Program-made: the position numbers and the translations under genes
Shown here: piece after piece, positions 36,695 through 47,660 of the stretch
Layout of the letters: each line of letters opens with the position of its first letter
How positions within the stretch are numbered: position 1 is the stretch's first letter
Origin: an uncultured Mycoplasmataceae bacterium
Lineage (GTDB): Bacteria > Bacillota_I > Bacilli_A > Mycoplasmatales > Hepatoplasmataceae
Assembly: GCA_947330515.1 (NCBI GenBank)
Contig: CAMZOE010000065.1
Coordinates: 1,526-65,525, forward strand
Length of the DNA: 64,000 nucleotides
Direction: 5' to 3'
The notes under the pieces: generated by a model
The model's database searches: none
Seen by the model: only the letters and a program-made list of their open reading frames with translations
Told to the model about the DNA's origin: nothing

Positions 36695-38383
36695 ATGATT
36701 ACAACAATTTTTATGCTTTTATTAAAGTTAGTTTTTTTTATTATATTTTTTACTTTTTCACTAGAAACAAATCATTTTTTTTTAGCAAATAAAAAAACAA
36801 AAAATAAGGAAGTTAATTTTTTAATTTCTTTATTTCTTTTTCTGGATTTATTTTTTTGAGCAACAAGTAAATTAAGTTTAATGATGTTTTTTATTGATTA
36901 TCTTTTTCTTTTGTTTTTTGTAATTCGTTTTGAAAGAAAAAATCTTTTTTCTCCATTTTTCTTTTTTTTATTTGCAACAATGTACTATATCATTATAAAT
37001 TTCACATATGAAGAAATTACTATTAATTCTATTTTTATTGGAATTAAATTATTTGAACCAATAGTTTTTATTTTTTTAATTTGAATTTCTGAAAAAGCAA
37101 ATCAAGAAAAAAAAATTATTAGGTTTTTTGTTGTTAGTGCTCTATTTTTTATTTATATTCTTGTTGAAAGTTATTTTTTTTCATTAAATAATACTTTTAA
37201 GCTTTCTATAGCTATGATTTTTATTTCTTTATTTTTTTATCTTTCTTTTCAAATTTTATTAATTTTTGTGGTAGAAAATCTATACCAAAAATTTTTCAAA
37301 AGACAAAATGATTTCAAAAAAAACAATTATTTTTTCAAACCTTATTTACAAGACATGATTACTGTTGATTATTTTAAAAACAACAAAAAAGAATATGGTG
37401 CTGTCATTACATTTGAGACTATTACTAAAAGTAATTTAGAAAAAAAATATATTATGGAATTTATTGTTGAAAAAATAAATGAATTTTATGATGATGTTTT
37501 ATTTTTCCAAACAAATCAAAAATCTTATTCTTGTCTTTTTTATTTTAAACAAAATGAAATTAACCTTAAAACAATTTATTCAAATAATTTTGTTCTTAAA
37601 AGAGATGACAAAGATTTGTTTAATAAGTTAAATATAATTAATGAAGTTATTGAAGGAGCAGAAATTAAGTTTTATATTTCGATTTATGGGATTGATTCTT
37701 CTGACATTAAGTTTCTTCTACAAAAAAATGAATTTTTACAAATCAACGAACAAAATATTAATTATAAAAATAATGTTATTGTTTACGATGAAAAAATATT
37801 TTATAAATATTTTTTTGATAAAAATCTTCTTTTAGAATTTCTCAAGGAAAATGTTTTAAAGATAAATTATAAAACAAGAAGTACTCCTCAAAAAAACATT
37901 TTTCTTGATTATGATTTTTCAATATCAAAACAAAACAAAGAGAAAGAAAAAAAGATTAATTTTGATAATGAAACAAATTTTTACTTTTTAATGAGATATA
38001 TTTTTTTAAATGTAATTAATAAATTTTTAAGTGAAGAAAAAGAGTATGATAAATTAATATTAAATATTCCTTATTTATGAATTAAAGAAAACATTGAATA
38101 TTTTGAAAATAGAATTAATGGACTAAAAATAGAAAAAAAAATTATTATTAATATAAATTTAGTTAACGTTGATTTAACTTTATTAGAAACAAAAGATTTT
38201 CTTAAAAAAATAAGTTCACTTTATTCTTTAAGTATTTATGATTTTAATGAAAAGTATTTTAAAGAACTTTTATTGATTGAACCATCATTTTTTACTTTTG
38301 ATTCTTTTTCTAAAATTGAAAATATGAAAATAAATGATGAAATTTCAAGAGAAAGAATTTTAAAAAAACAAAATTATTTTAAA
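36695..38383 (+). CDS. Polytopic membrane protein (562 aa) with a large cytoplasmic C-terminal region; function unknown
   Basis: ATG at 36695. Track ORFs 36881..37084 and 37214..38080 are in frame and joined by TGA codons, and the C-terminal extension to TAA at 38381 was hand-read. Roughly the first 190 aa are hydrophobic and F/I/L-rich. The remainder shows faint GGDEF-like and EAL-like spacing without any catalytic residues. Confidence 0.6.
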
Positions 38384-38404
38384 TAATAATTTATAATTAG
38401 TATT

Positions 38405-39019
38405 ATGAACTATTTAAATAATTTATTTTTTTCAATTGATTATGAATTATCATTTTGAATACTATTAGTAGTATTCATTTTATATATATTTCTTCAACTA
38501 GTTCCGTGAAAAAAAGTAATTAGTTTTTTACGAAACAAATTTCTTTTAAGAAAAGAAAGTAATAAAGAAGATATTAGGAAAATAGCACAAGAACTATATG
38601 AAAGTTTTGATATTTTAAAAAGTTTAAACAAAGGAGCAACAATAATAATAAAAGGAACAAACTCTTTAAACAATTATGTTGATGATCCAATTTTATTAGA
38701 TGCTGTTGTTTCTTCAGAATTAATTATTAATATTTTTGAAGGAGAGAATTCCCCATTACATGATGGTGCGGTAATTATCGAAGAAAACAAAATAAGATTT
38801 TCCGGAGCATATATTAACTTTTTATCTTCAAAAGAGAACCTTTTACCTTCTTTTGGTACTAGACATCGCTCTGCTATTGGTTTAACAGAGAAAACCGATG
38901 CAATTGCAATTATCCTTTCTGAAGAAACAGGAAATATTAATTTTGCTAAGAATGGTAATTTTACAAAAATTTCAATTAATGATTTTGAAAAGGAATTAAT
39001 AAATTTATTTAATATTTAA
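38405..39019 (+). CDS. cdaA: Diadenylate cyclase CdaA (DisA_N/DAC domain), 204 aa
   Basis: Hand translation shows an N-terminal TM segment (WILLVVFILYIFLQLVPW). The DAC motifs PLHDGAVII and GTRHRSAIGLTE are both present. The gene contains 2 TGA codons, so there is no track ORF. Confidence 0.85.
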
Positions 39020-39039
39020 ATAAAAAAGAGGAGAGATAA

Positions 39040-39759
39040 ATGTCAGCGCACATTACATCAAAAAAAGAGGATATAGCTAAAATTGTTTTAATGGCTGGTG
39101 ATCCTTTTAGAGTTAAAAATTTTGTTGAAAAACATCTTATTGACTATAAATTAGTCAATAATGTTAGAAATGAATATGGTTATACTGGAATGCTAAATGG
39201 TAAGAGAGTTAGTGTATTTTCTCATGGTATGGGTTTAGATTCAATTGGAATTTACGCTTATGAACTTTTTGATCAATATGATGTAGAACATATTATTCGT
39301 TTTGGTTCTGCAGGTTCATATACTAATGATTTAGAATTATTCGATGTAGTTATTGCTGAAGAAGCTTTTACTGATTCTAACTATGGATTAGCATATGATA
39401 ATAAAAGTAATTATGTAAAACCAGATGCTAAATTACTTAAAATTGCTAAAGAACAAGGTGAGATTATTAAGAACAAAGTTTCTAATAATATTGTTTCTTC
39501 AACAATTCATTCATCACAATGATTTTATACAAAACCTAATTTTTTTAATATTAAGGAATTTAATAAGAAAGGAATTAGTGCAGTTGAAATGGAAGCATAT
39601 GCTTTATATACAATTGCAAATTATTTAGGAAAATCTGCTTTAACATTATTAACAATTTCTGATCATTTGGTTAAAAATAATTCTATAAGTGTAAAAGAAC
39701 GTGAAGGAAATTTTGATACAATGTTTACTTTATTAAATGAAATAGTATCAAAAATATAA
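39040..39759 (+). CDS. deoD: Purine nucleoside phosphorylase, DeoD type
   Basis: The sequence contains HITSKKEDIAKIVLMAGDPFRVK and AVEMEAYALYTIA. It is extended through the TGA at 39520 to TAA at 39757. Confidence 0.9.
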
Positions 39760-39760
39760 A

Positions 39761-41350
39761 ATGAAACAAAATAAAGAAGAATTTCTTGAGCAAGAAGAAC
39801 TTGAATTTAAAATAAAAGCTCTTGAAAAATTTACCTTAGAAAATAAAGGTGAAAAAGTTAAAGCACTTATTGATAATATTTCTATTGCAGATTCAATAGT
39901 TTTTTTAAAAAAATGAAGTAGTGAAAAACTAATTTTATTATTTGAAATAATAGACAATAAAACTAAATCAGAGATTTTATATAATTTAAATTCAAAACAT
40001 ATTACTTTTATTATTCAAAATTTATCTTTAAATGAACTAAAAGATGTTTTTGATAAGTTATATGTAGATGAAATTGTTCAAATTCTTACAAATCAACCAA
40101 AATCTATAAAAAACAAAATTTATTCAATATTACCTAAAAAACTAGTTGATAAAGTAAAATCATATTCTAAATATCCACAAAATACTGCAGGATATAATAT
40201 GACAATTGATTACATAAAAGTATATGAAAATTCTTCAGTGCTAAATGCACTTCAATCGATTAAAAATCAATTTTCTTCAAATGATTCAGAAATTGTAGGA
40301 GCTATTTTTGTAGTCAATAAACAAAATGTTCTTCAAGGGATGGTTAGACCAGAAGAATTAATTTCTTCTATGTCTGAAATTAAAGTTAAGGAAATAATGG
40401 AAGAAACTCCATCAGTAAAAGTTTATGACAAATTAGAATCTGTAAAAAAAGATGTGGAAAAATATGAACAGTCTTTCCTTCCTGTTGTAGATAAAAATTC
40501 TTTTTTAGTAGGAGTAATTGGTGCCGAAGATATTATGGATAAAATCATTACTATTTCTGAAAAAGATGTTAGTGAAGGTGTTGTAAATAAAATTTCAAAA
40601 CCTTATTCTCAACAAAGTGCAAAGGATCTTTTTAAAGCAAGAATTTTTTGAATAGTTCTTCTTTTAATAATTGGAACTTTTACTCAAATTATGATTATTG
40701 GGTTCCAATTGATTTGACAAAATGCTGGTTTATGAAATTATAATGATGGTACATCATTATTAGCAGAAACTTCTGTTTCATCAATTATTACTTTAGGGTT
40801 TGCAACATCGTTATCTGTAGCATCTTCAATTAATGATGCAAGTGGAAATTCTGGGGCACAATCATCAACTACCCTAATTCGGGCATTAGCAACAAATGAT
40901 GTTGATGTCTCGATGACAAAAAAAATACTATTAAAAGAATTTAATGCCGGAATTCTAATTGGTTTAGTTATTTCTGTTACTGCCTTTTTTAGAATGTGAG
41001 CAGTTTGAGGAATAATGGGTCAATATGGAGATATTACTTCTTGATTTGTTTTTGGTTGATATATTGTAATTTCTTTAATTGCTTCAGTATCTTTTGCTAG
41101 TGCTATTATTATTGGGAATTTAGTAGGTGCTCTTTTACCATTAATGGCTGCAAAATTAAATAAAGATGGTGCATTGTTTTCAGGACCATTACAAACAACA
41201 GTTGTAGATATTATTACTTTTTTAATTTATCTTTCTTTAACAACTATTGTTTTTGTTCTTTCTGCAGATTACATTAATAGTCATGATACTACTACTAAAG
41301 AAACTTTAAATGTAATTTTTCAATACGCAAAAACATCATTAATAATATAA
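39761..41350 (+). CDS. mgtE: Magnesium transporter MgtE
   Basis: ATG lies 1 nt after the deoD stop. Three in-frame pieces are joined. An N-domain and a CBS pair (track ORF 40199..40651) are followed by a TM domain containing GNSGAQSSTT and PLQTTVVDIITF. Confidence 0.88.
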
Positions 41351-41419
41351 ATTTTTAAAAAAATCATTTACTTAATATATAATGTTAGTAAATAAAATAT
41401 TAAGTAAATGATTAATTAT

Positions 41420-41510
41420 GGAGTAGTACCCAAGTTGGTTAAGGGGCCTCCCTGCTAAGGAGGTAGGTCGCATTCGTGGCGCGTGGGTTCGAGTCCCACC
41501 TGCTCCGCCA
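41420..41510 (+). tRNA. tRNA-Ser (anticodon GCU), CCA encoded
   Basis: Cloverleaf read by hand. The acceptor is GGAGTAG/CTGCTCC, the anticodon loop is CTGCTAA, the variable arm is long, and the T loop is GGGTTCGAGTCCC. Confidence 0.9.
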
Positions 41511-41543
41511 TTTTTTAATGTAATTGATATTAAGGAAATATAT

Positions 41544-42989
41544 ATGAAAAAATACTTATTTGGAATCCAAATTTTTATAATCTTATTTATTTTTTCATTT
41601 TTAACAATAATCCCTTTTTTATTTTTACCAGAAAATTTTGATTTTTTTCTGATAATTTATGGGATTTATTATTTTTTAAATTTAATTTTCCTTATTGATG
41701 TTTATAGAAACAAAAGGTCAGACAGACAAAGTAAAATTTCATGAACTGTAATTTTACTTCTACCTCTACCTATGTTTTTCTTTTATATACTAAGTGCTAA
41801 ATTATTTTTTTATCAAAAAAAAATAATTACTAAATCACTTCCATTAGAAAATGTTGAAAATACTGAAATTAATATTTTTCAAGAAAAAATTGATATTTTA
41901 GTAACTGGAACTGAAAAATTTACAGATTTAATTCATGAACTTGAACATGCTAAGGAATCAATTGATATTGAATATTTTATTATTAATAACGGAATTATTT
42001 GGAATAAAATCAAAACAATTTTACTTAATAAAGCAGAAGAAAATGTTAAAATTAGAATTTTAACTGATTACATGGGTAATATACAAACTAACGATTCTTC
42101 ATACAAAGAATTAAGAAATCACAAAAATATTTCTTTTGTTATTTTTAATAAAGTAAATCCTTTATTTTCTACAGGATTTGATAATTTAAGGAATCATAAT
42201 AAGGTAGTTATTATTGATAATAATATTGCTTATTTTGGTGGATTAAACCTTGGTGATGATTATGCTCATATGTATTCAAAGTATGGTTATTGATATGATC
42301 TTCATTATAAAACGTTTGGTGCTTTAACTTTAGAAATAAAAAAGAAATTTCTTTTTGATTGAAATAGATTTTCTAATGAAAGTTTTTCTTTAGAAAATGA
42401 AGAAGAAAAACTTTTAAAAAAGAAAAAAACATTAAAAGTAAATTCAGATATCAAACCATATGAAATTAATTTTATTAGTGATGGTTATGATCAACAAAAT
42501 CCTAATTTTTTATTAACTTTTATTCATGAAGTAGATAATGCTAAAGAAACAATAAAAATTATTTCTCCGTATTTAGTTTTTCCTAAAAACTTAATGGACG
42601 CATTTAAAAGAGCAATTAAACGTGGGGTAAAAATAGAAATTATTACAACAGGAATTGCAGATAAAAAAACTGCTTATTTTGTTAGTCATTATTATGCTAA
42701 TGAATTAATTGATAATGGTATTGTAGTTTATAGAGCAAATAATTTTTTTGTTCATGGCAAACAATATATTTTCGATAGTAAAAATATTATCATTGGTACT
42801 AGCAATCTTGATTATAGAGCATTATTTCTTCATTTTGAATATAATTTTTTAATCAAAAAAAATCAATCATTTATTGATGAAAACTTAATAAGAGTTTGAG
42901 AACCACTATTAAAATATTCATTAATCGAAGCTAAGACAAATCACAAAAGATTAAGATTTTTAATTAAATTTATTTCACCAATTTTTTAA
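41544..42989 (+). CDS. cls: Cardiolipin synthase (phospholipase D family)
   Basis: Three in-frame track ORFs are joined by TGA codons. N-terminal TM helices are present. The two HKD motifs are HNKVVIID and HGKQYIFD. Confidence 0.88.
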
Positions 42990-43067
42990 TTTCTTTATTT
43001 TTTATTAAAAAAAGTTTTTTTATAGTATAATACTAATGGAATTAAATAATACAAAGTAAAGTAATTT

Positions 43068-43141
43068 GCGAGTGTAGTTTAATGGTAGAACTTCAGCCTT
43101 CCAAGCTGACTGTGAGGGTTCGATTCCCTTCACTCGCTCCA
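43068..43141 (+). tRNA. tRNA-Gly (anticodon UCC), CCA encoded
   Basis: The acceptor is GCGAGTG/CACTCGC, the anticodon loop is CTTCCAA, and the T arm is GAGGGTTCGATTCCCTT. Confidence 0.9.
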
Positions 43142-43300
43142 TTTTTTCATAAAAGAATTCATTAAATTATTCAATTTTGAAAAAATAGATATTTATAAAT
43201 TAAGAAATGGCCATAAAGTGCCATTTTTTATTATATAATTTTACTAATAATTTATTTGTAGATAACAAATACTTTAAAAAATAAAACCAAAAGGACAAAT

Positions 43301-45037
43301 ATGAAAAAATTATCAGGAATAGGGGTATCTTCGGGAATTGCAACTGCAAAAATTTACAAACTTATAGAAGAACCAATTATTATTTCAGAAGAAAAAATTT
43401 CAGAAGAAAAAATAGAAGAAAATATTGAATTATTAAAATCTTCTATAATTTCTTCAGAACAACAAATTAATAAAATTAAAGAAATTGCTATTAAAAATAT
43501 TGGAAAAGAAAAAGCTGAAGTTTTTGATGCTCATATTTCAATTTTAAAAGATCCAGAAATTATAGATAGTACAATTAATAAAATTAAAGAAGAGAGATAT
43601 AATGCTGCACACGCTTTAAAAGAAATTGCAACAAACTTTATTTCTATTTTTGAAGCAATGGATGATGAGTATATGAAAGAAAGATCAGCGGATATTAAAG
43701 ATGTTACTAATCGTATAATTAAAAATATTTTAAAAATTAATATTAAAGATCTTTCATTAATAAATGAAGAAGTAATTATTATTTCTCATGATTTAACACC
43801 ATCAGAAACTTCACAATTAAATCCTAAATTTGTAAAAGGATTTTTAACAGAAATTGGTGGAAGAACATCTCACTCAGCAATTATGGCTAGAACTCTAGAA
43901 ATTCCAGCAATTGTTGGAATTGGAAAAGAAATTTTTTCATTTGAAGAAGATGAAAAAGTTTTAATTGATGGAGCACAAGGTGAAATCTTGTATAAACCAA
44001 CTCAAGAAGATATTGATATTTCAAAATTAAAAGCAAAAAAAATTGTAGAACAAAAACTTGAATTAGAAAAATACATTAATAAAAAAAGTATTTCAAAAGA
44101 TGGTTTTGAAACAGAAGTAGCTGCTAATATTGGTTCTCCAAAAGATATAGAAGGTGTTCAAAAATTTGGAGCTGAAGGTATTGGTTTATTTAGAAGTGAA
44201 TTTTTATATATGGATTCTCAAGAGTGACCAACAGAAGAAGAACAATTTAATTCTTATAAAAAAGTATTAGAAGCTTTAGAAGGAAAAAGAGTGGTTATTA
44301 GAACTCTTGATATTGGTGGAGATAAACATTTAAGTTATTATGAATTTCCAAAAGAGTTAAATCCCTTTTTAGGATATAGAGCGATTAGATTACAACTTAA
44401 AGAAAAAGATATTTTTAGAACTCAAGCAAGAGCATTGTTAAGAGCTTCTGCATTTGGAAAATTAGCAATAAATGTCCCTATGATTGCTACTATTGAAGAA
44501 TTTAAAGAAGTAAAAGCCTTTTTTGATAATACAAAAAAAGAATTAATTAATGAAGGAATTAAAGTTGGAAAATATGAACTAGGAATAATGGTTGAAGTAC
44601 CATCGGTTGTAGAAATTGCTGATATTTTTGCAAAACATGCAGATTTCTTTTCGATTGGTACTAATGATTTAATTCAATATACTTTTGCAGCTGATAGAAT
44701 GTCAGAACACGTATCTTATTTATATCAACCATTTAATCCAGCAATTCTTAGAAAAATTAAAAAAGTAATTGATGCTTCACATGAAGTAAAAAAATGAACA
44801 GCAATTTGTGGAGAAGCTGCAAGTGAACCAATGTTAACACCAATCTTTATTGGTATGGGACTTGACGAATTCTCTATGTCTGCAACCGCTGTTCCTTCAA
44901 TAAGAAGACTTATTTCTTTAATTGATAAATCAAAAGCAGAAGAACTTGTAAATAAAGTGTTATTTTTAGAAACTCAAAATGAAGTTAAAGAAGCTATTCA
45001 AAAATTCTTTAAAGATAACAATATAGAAGTTTTTTAA
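43301..45037 (+). CDS. ptsI: PTS Enzyme I (phosphoenolpyruvate-protein phosphotransferase)
   Basis: Three in-frame track ORFs are joined. The active-site region is [12 protein letters not shown], and [10 protein letters not shown] and GTNDLIQY are also present. Confidence 0.95.
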
Positions 45038-45078
45038 TTTTATATTATAATTTAGTATATAAACGGAGGCGAAAAGCT

Positions 45079-45645
45079 ATGGGAATTTTCTCAAAATTAT
45101 TTAGTTCAAAATCAAAAGAAACTAAAAAAACTACTTCAACAAACAATCAAGAAAAAGAAACAAATTCATCTAATGAATTGATAGTAACTTCACCAGTAAA
45201 TGGAAAAGTTAAATTTTTATCAAATGTGTCTGATCCTGTATTTGCAGAAGAAATGACTGGTAAAGGGATAGCTGTTGTTCCTAATGAAGAAGAAAAGACA
45301 GTTTTATCACCAATTAAAGGAACTATTAAAGTAGCATTTCCAACAGGTCATGCATATGGAATAGGGACTGAAATGGGACCAGAATTACTTGTTCATATTG
45401 GACTTGATACTGTAGAACTTGATGGAAAAGGATTTGTTAAAAAAGTTGAAGTTGAAGAAAAAGTAACCAACGAAACAGAATTGTGTGATATTGATTTAAA
45501 AACACTTAAAGATAATGATAAGCCAACAGATATTATTGTTATTGCAACAAACGATTCAATAGTTGATTACAAAATTGAAATCGAAGTTGAAGATGGATTA
45601 GAAGTAAAAATTGGAGATCCATTATATAAAATTGTTAAAAAATAA
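45079..45645 (+). CDS. crr: PTS glucose-family EIIA component
   Basis: The EIIA-Glc signatures are GIAVVP...PTGHAYGI and LVHIGLDTVELDG. The N-terminus MGIFSKLF is an amphipathic helix followed by a ~35-aa linker. Confidence 0.9.
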   Translation: MGIFSKLFSSKSKETKKTTSTNNQEKETNSSNELIVTSPVNGKVKFLSNVSDPVFAEEMTGKGIAVVPNEEEKTVLSPIKGTIKVAFPTGHAYGIGTEMGPELLVHIGLDTVELDGKGFVKKVEVEEKVTNETELCDIDLKTLKDNDKPTDIIVIATNDSIVDYKIEIEVEDGLEVKIGDPLYKIVKK

Positions 45646-45702
45646 TTTTATATAATAAAAGTATTCATTATAGAAAATAATATTTTAGAAGGAAGAAAGA
45701 AA

Positions 45703-45969
45703 ATGGCAAACAAAACATTTGTTATAATAGACGAAGCAGGAATGCATGCTAGACCAACATCAATCGTTGTTCAAGAAGCTACAAAATTCAAATCAGAAAT
45801 AACAATTGAATTTAATGGTAAAAATGCTAATTTAAAATCAATTATGTCAGTTATGGCATTAGTTATTAAAAATAACCAACAAATAACAATTAATGCAGTA
45901 GGTGAAGATGCTGAAGAAGCGCTTGCTTCAATTGAAAAAGTTATGAAAGAAAAAGGATTAATAGCTTAA
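45703..45969 (+). CDS. ptsH: Phosphocarrier protein HPr
   Basis: GMHARPTS contains the His15 site, and LKSIMSVMAL contains the Ser46 site. Confidence 0.93.
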   Translation: MANKTFVIIDEAGMHARPTSIVVQEATKFKSEITIEFNGKNANLKSIMSVMALVIKNNQQITINAVGEDAEEALASIEKVMKEKGLIA

Positions 45970-46002
45970 TCAATTATTATAAATAAGAAAAAAACTCAAA
46001 AT

Positions 46003-46032
46003 AAAAAAGCAAGAATTATATCTTGCTTTTTT
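46003..46032. terminator. Bidirectional terminator between convergent ptsH and sodA
   Basis: Stem GCAAGA / TCTTGC with a 6-nt loop, flanked by A6 and T6 runs. Confidence 0.6.
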
Positions 46033-46067
46033 ATTTTTTATTTTTTGTTTCAATATTAGTTTATTTT

Positions 46068-46712
46068 TTAACTTTCATCTTCGCTATCTTCAACGTTTGT
46101 TTCTAATAAAAATTGTTTATTAGCGAATTCTCAATCAACAACTTTTCAAAAATCATTTAAATAATCAATTTTTTTATTTTGATATTTTAAATAATATGAA
46201 TGTTCTCAAAGATCGATTCCAATAATTGGTGTGAATCCTAAAAATCATGGATTATCTTGATTGAATGTTTTAATTATTTTTAAACTATTATTTTTTCTTT
46301 TTACAAATCAAACTCATCCTGAACCAAATAAATTTTTAACTTGTTTTTCAAATTCTTTTTTAAATTCTTCCATTGAATCTCAATATGCTTCGATAGCTTT
46401 TACAACTTCTAAATTTTCATCAAAAGTTTCTTCATTTTTTAATGATTCAAAATAAAAATTATGATTTGCAAGACCTCCACCAAATTCTCTTATTGCGACT
46501 TTGATTTCATCATTATCAATTTTTTGATAATTTTTTAATAAATCAATAATGTTTGGAAAACTTTCATAAATATTTGTTTTTAAAATTACATTATTTAAAT
46601 TTTCTTCATAACTTTTATGATGTTTTTCATAATGTAATTCTATAGTTTTTTTGTCAAGATGCGGTTCAAGCGCATCATATGAATATGGTAATTTTATTCT
46701 TTTATACCCCAT
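46068..46712 (-). CDS. sodA: Fe/Mn superoxide dismutase (214 aa)
   Basis: Track ORF 46380..46712 is extended through several TGA codons to TAA at 46068. The metal ligands look intact: LHYEKHH, GGLANHNFYF and GIDLWEHSYYL. Confidence 0.9.
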
Positions 46713-46841
46713 AGTTATCTCCTTTTTCTTTAATTATTATACTATCAAATTTATAATAATTTCTTTTTATTATAGAATATAGTTATAGAATTTTAGTAAA
46801 ATACATTTACTTTTTTCAAAATAAGGAAGATTTTAGAACAA

Positions 46842-47642
46842 ATGACAATAGAAAAATTAAAAGATGAACCGAAAAAAACAGAATGAAAAATTAACGAAAA
46901 AGATAATATACATACAAAGAGATTTGTTTCTTTTTTATATTTTTTCTTTATATTTTTTCTTTCATCACTTATCACATTAGTAATTTTTAGTTTATATTAT
47001 CCAATTTTTACATTAAATTTTAAAGATCCTGATTTAATAAAAATGTTAGAAAATACACTTTTACCATTAATGATGTTTAGTAGTATCGTATCATCAGCTA
47101 TATATATAGTTTTTGCTTTATCTAAAAGTAAGGAAATAGTTTTTAACTTTAATGAAAAAATTCAAAAAGAAAAAATTAAAAAAACATTAAAGTGAGCTTT
47201 AATATGAATAATAGTAAACATAATTATGACAATTGTAATACAATTTATTTATAAAGCAACACATGGTGGTGATAAATTTATTCCAGATAATACAAATCAA
47301 GAATTACTCAAGGAAGCGATTAAAGTTGCTCCATTTTATTCTTTTATAGCAATTGTTGTTATTGGTCCATTAATGGAAGAAATTGCTTTTAGATATGGTA
47401 TTATCGGTTCATTTAAAAATAAGAAACTTGGAGTTTTTATTTCTGTGTTTGTTTTTGCTTCAATGCATTTATTAGCATCAATTAGTAGCAAAAGTTTATC
47501 ACACGATCTTTGAACGTTGCCTAGTTATCTTTTAATGGGATTCATTTTTTCTATGATTTATCTTAAAACAGATAATCTAAAATATTCTTATGCTTTCCAT
47601 TTTTTTAATAATTTACTCGCTTTTATATTTATTGTTTTATAA
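46842..47642 (+). CDS. CPBP (CAAX/Abi) family intramembrane metalloprotease
   Basis: ATG at 46842 is in frame with track ORF 47226..47513 through TGA codons. Motif 1 is PLMEEIAFRYG and motif 2 is FASMHL. There are multiple TM helices. Confidence 0.8.
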
Positions 47643-47660
47643 AAAAATAAAGGAAAAAAA

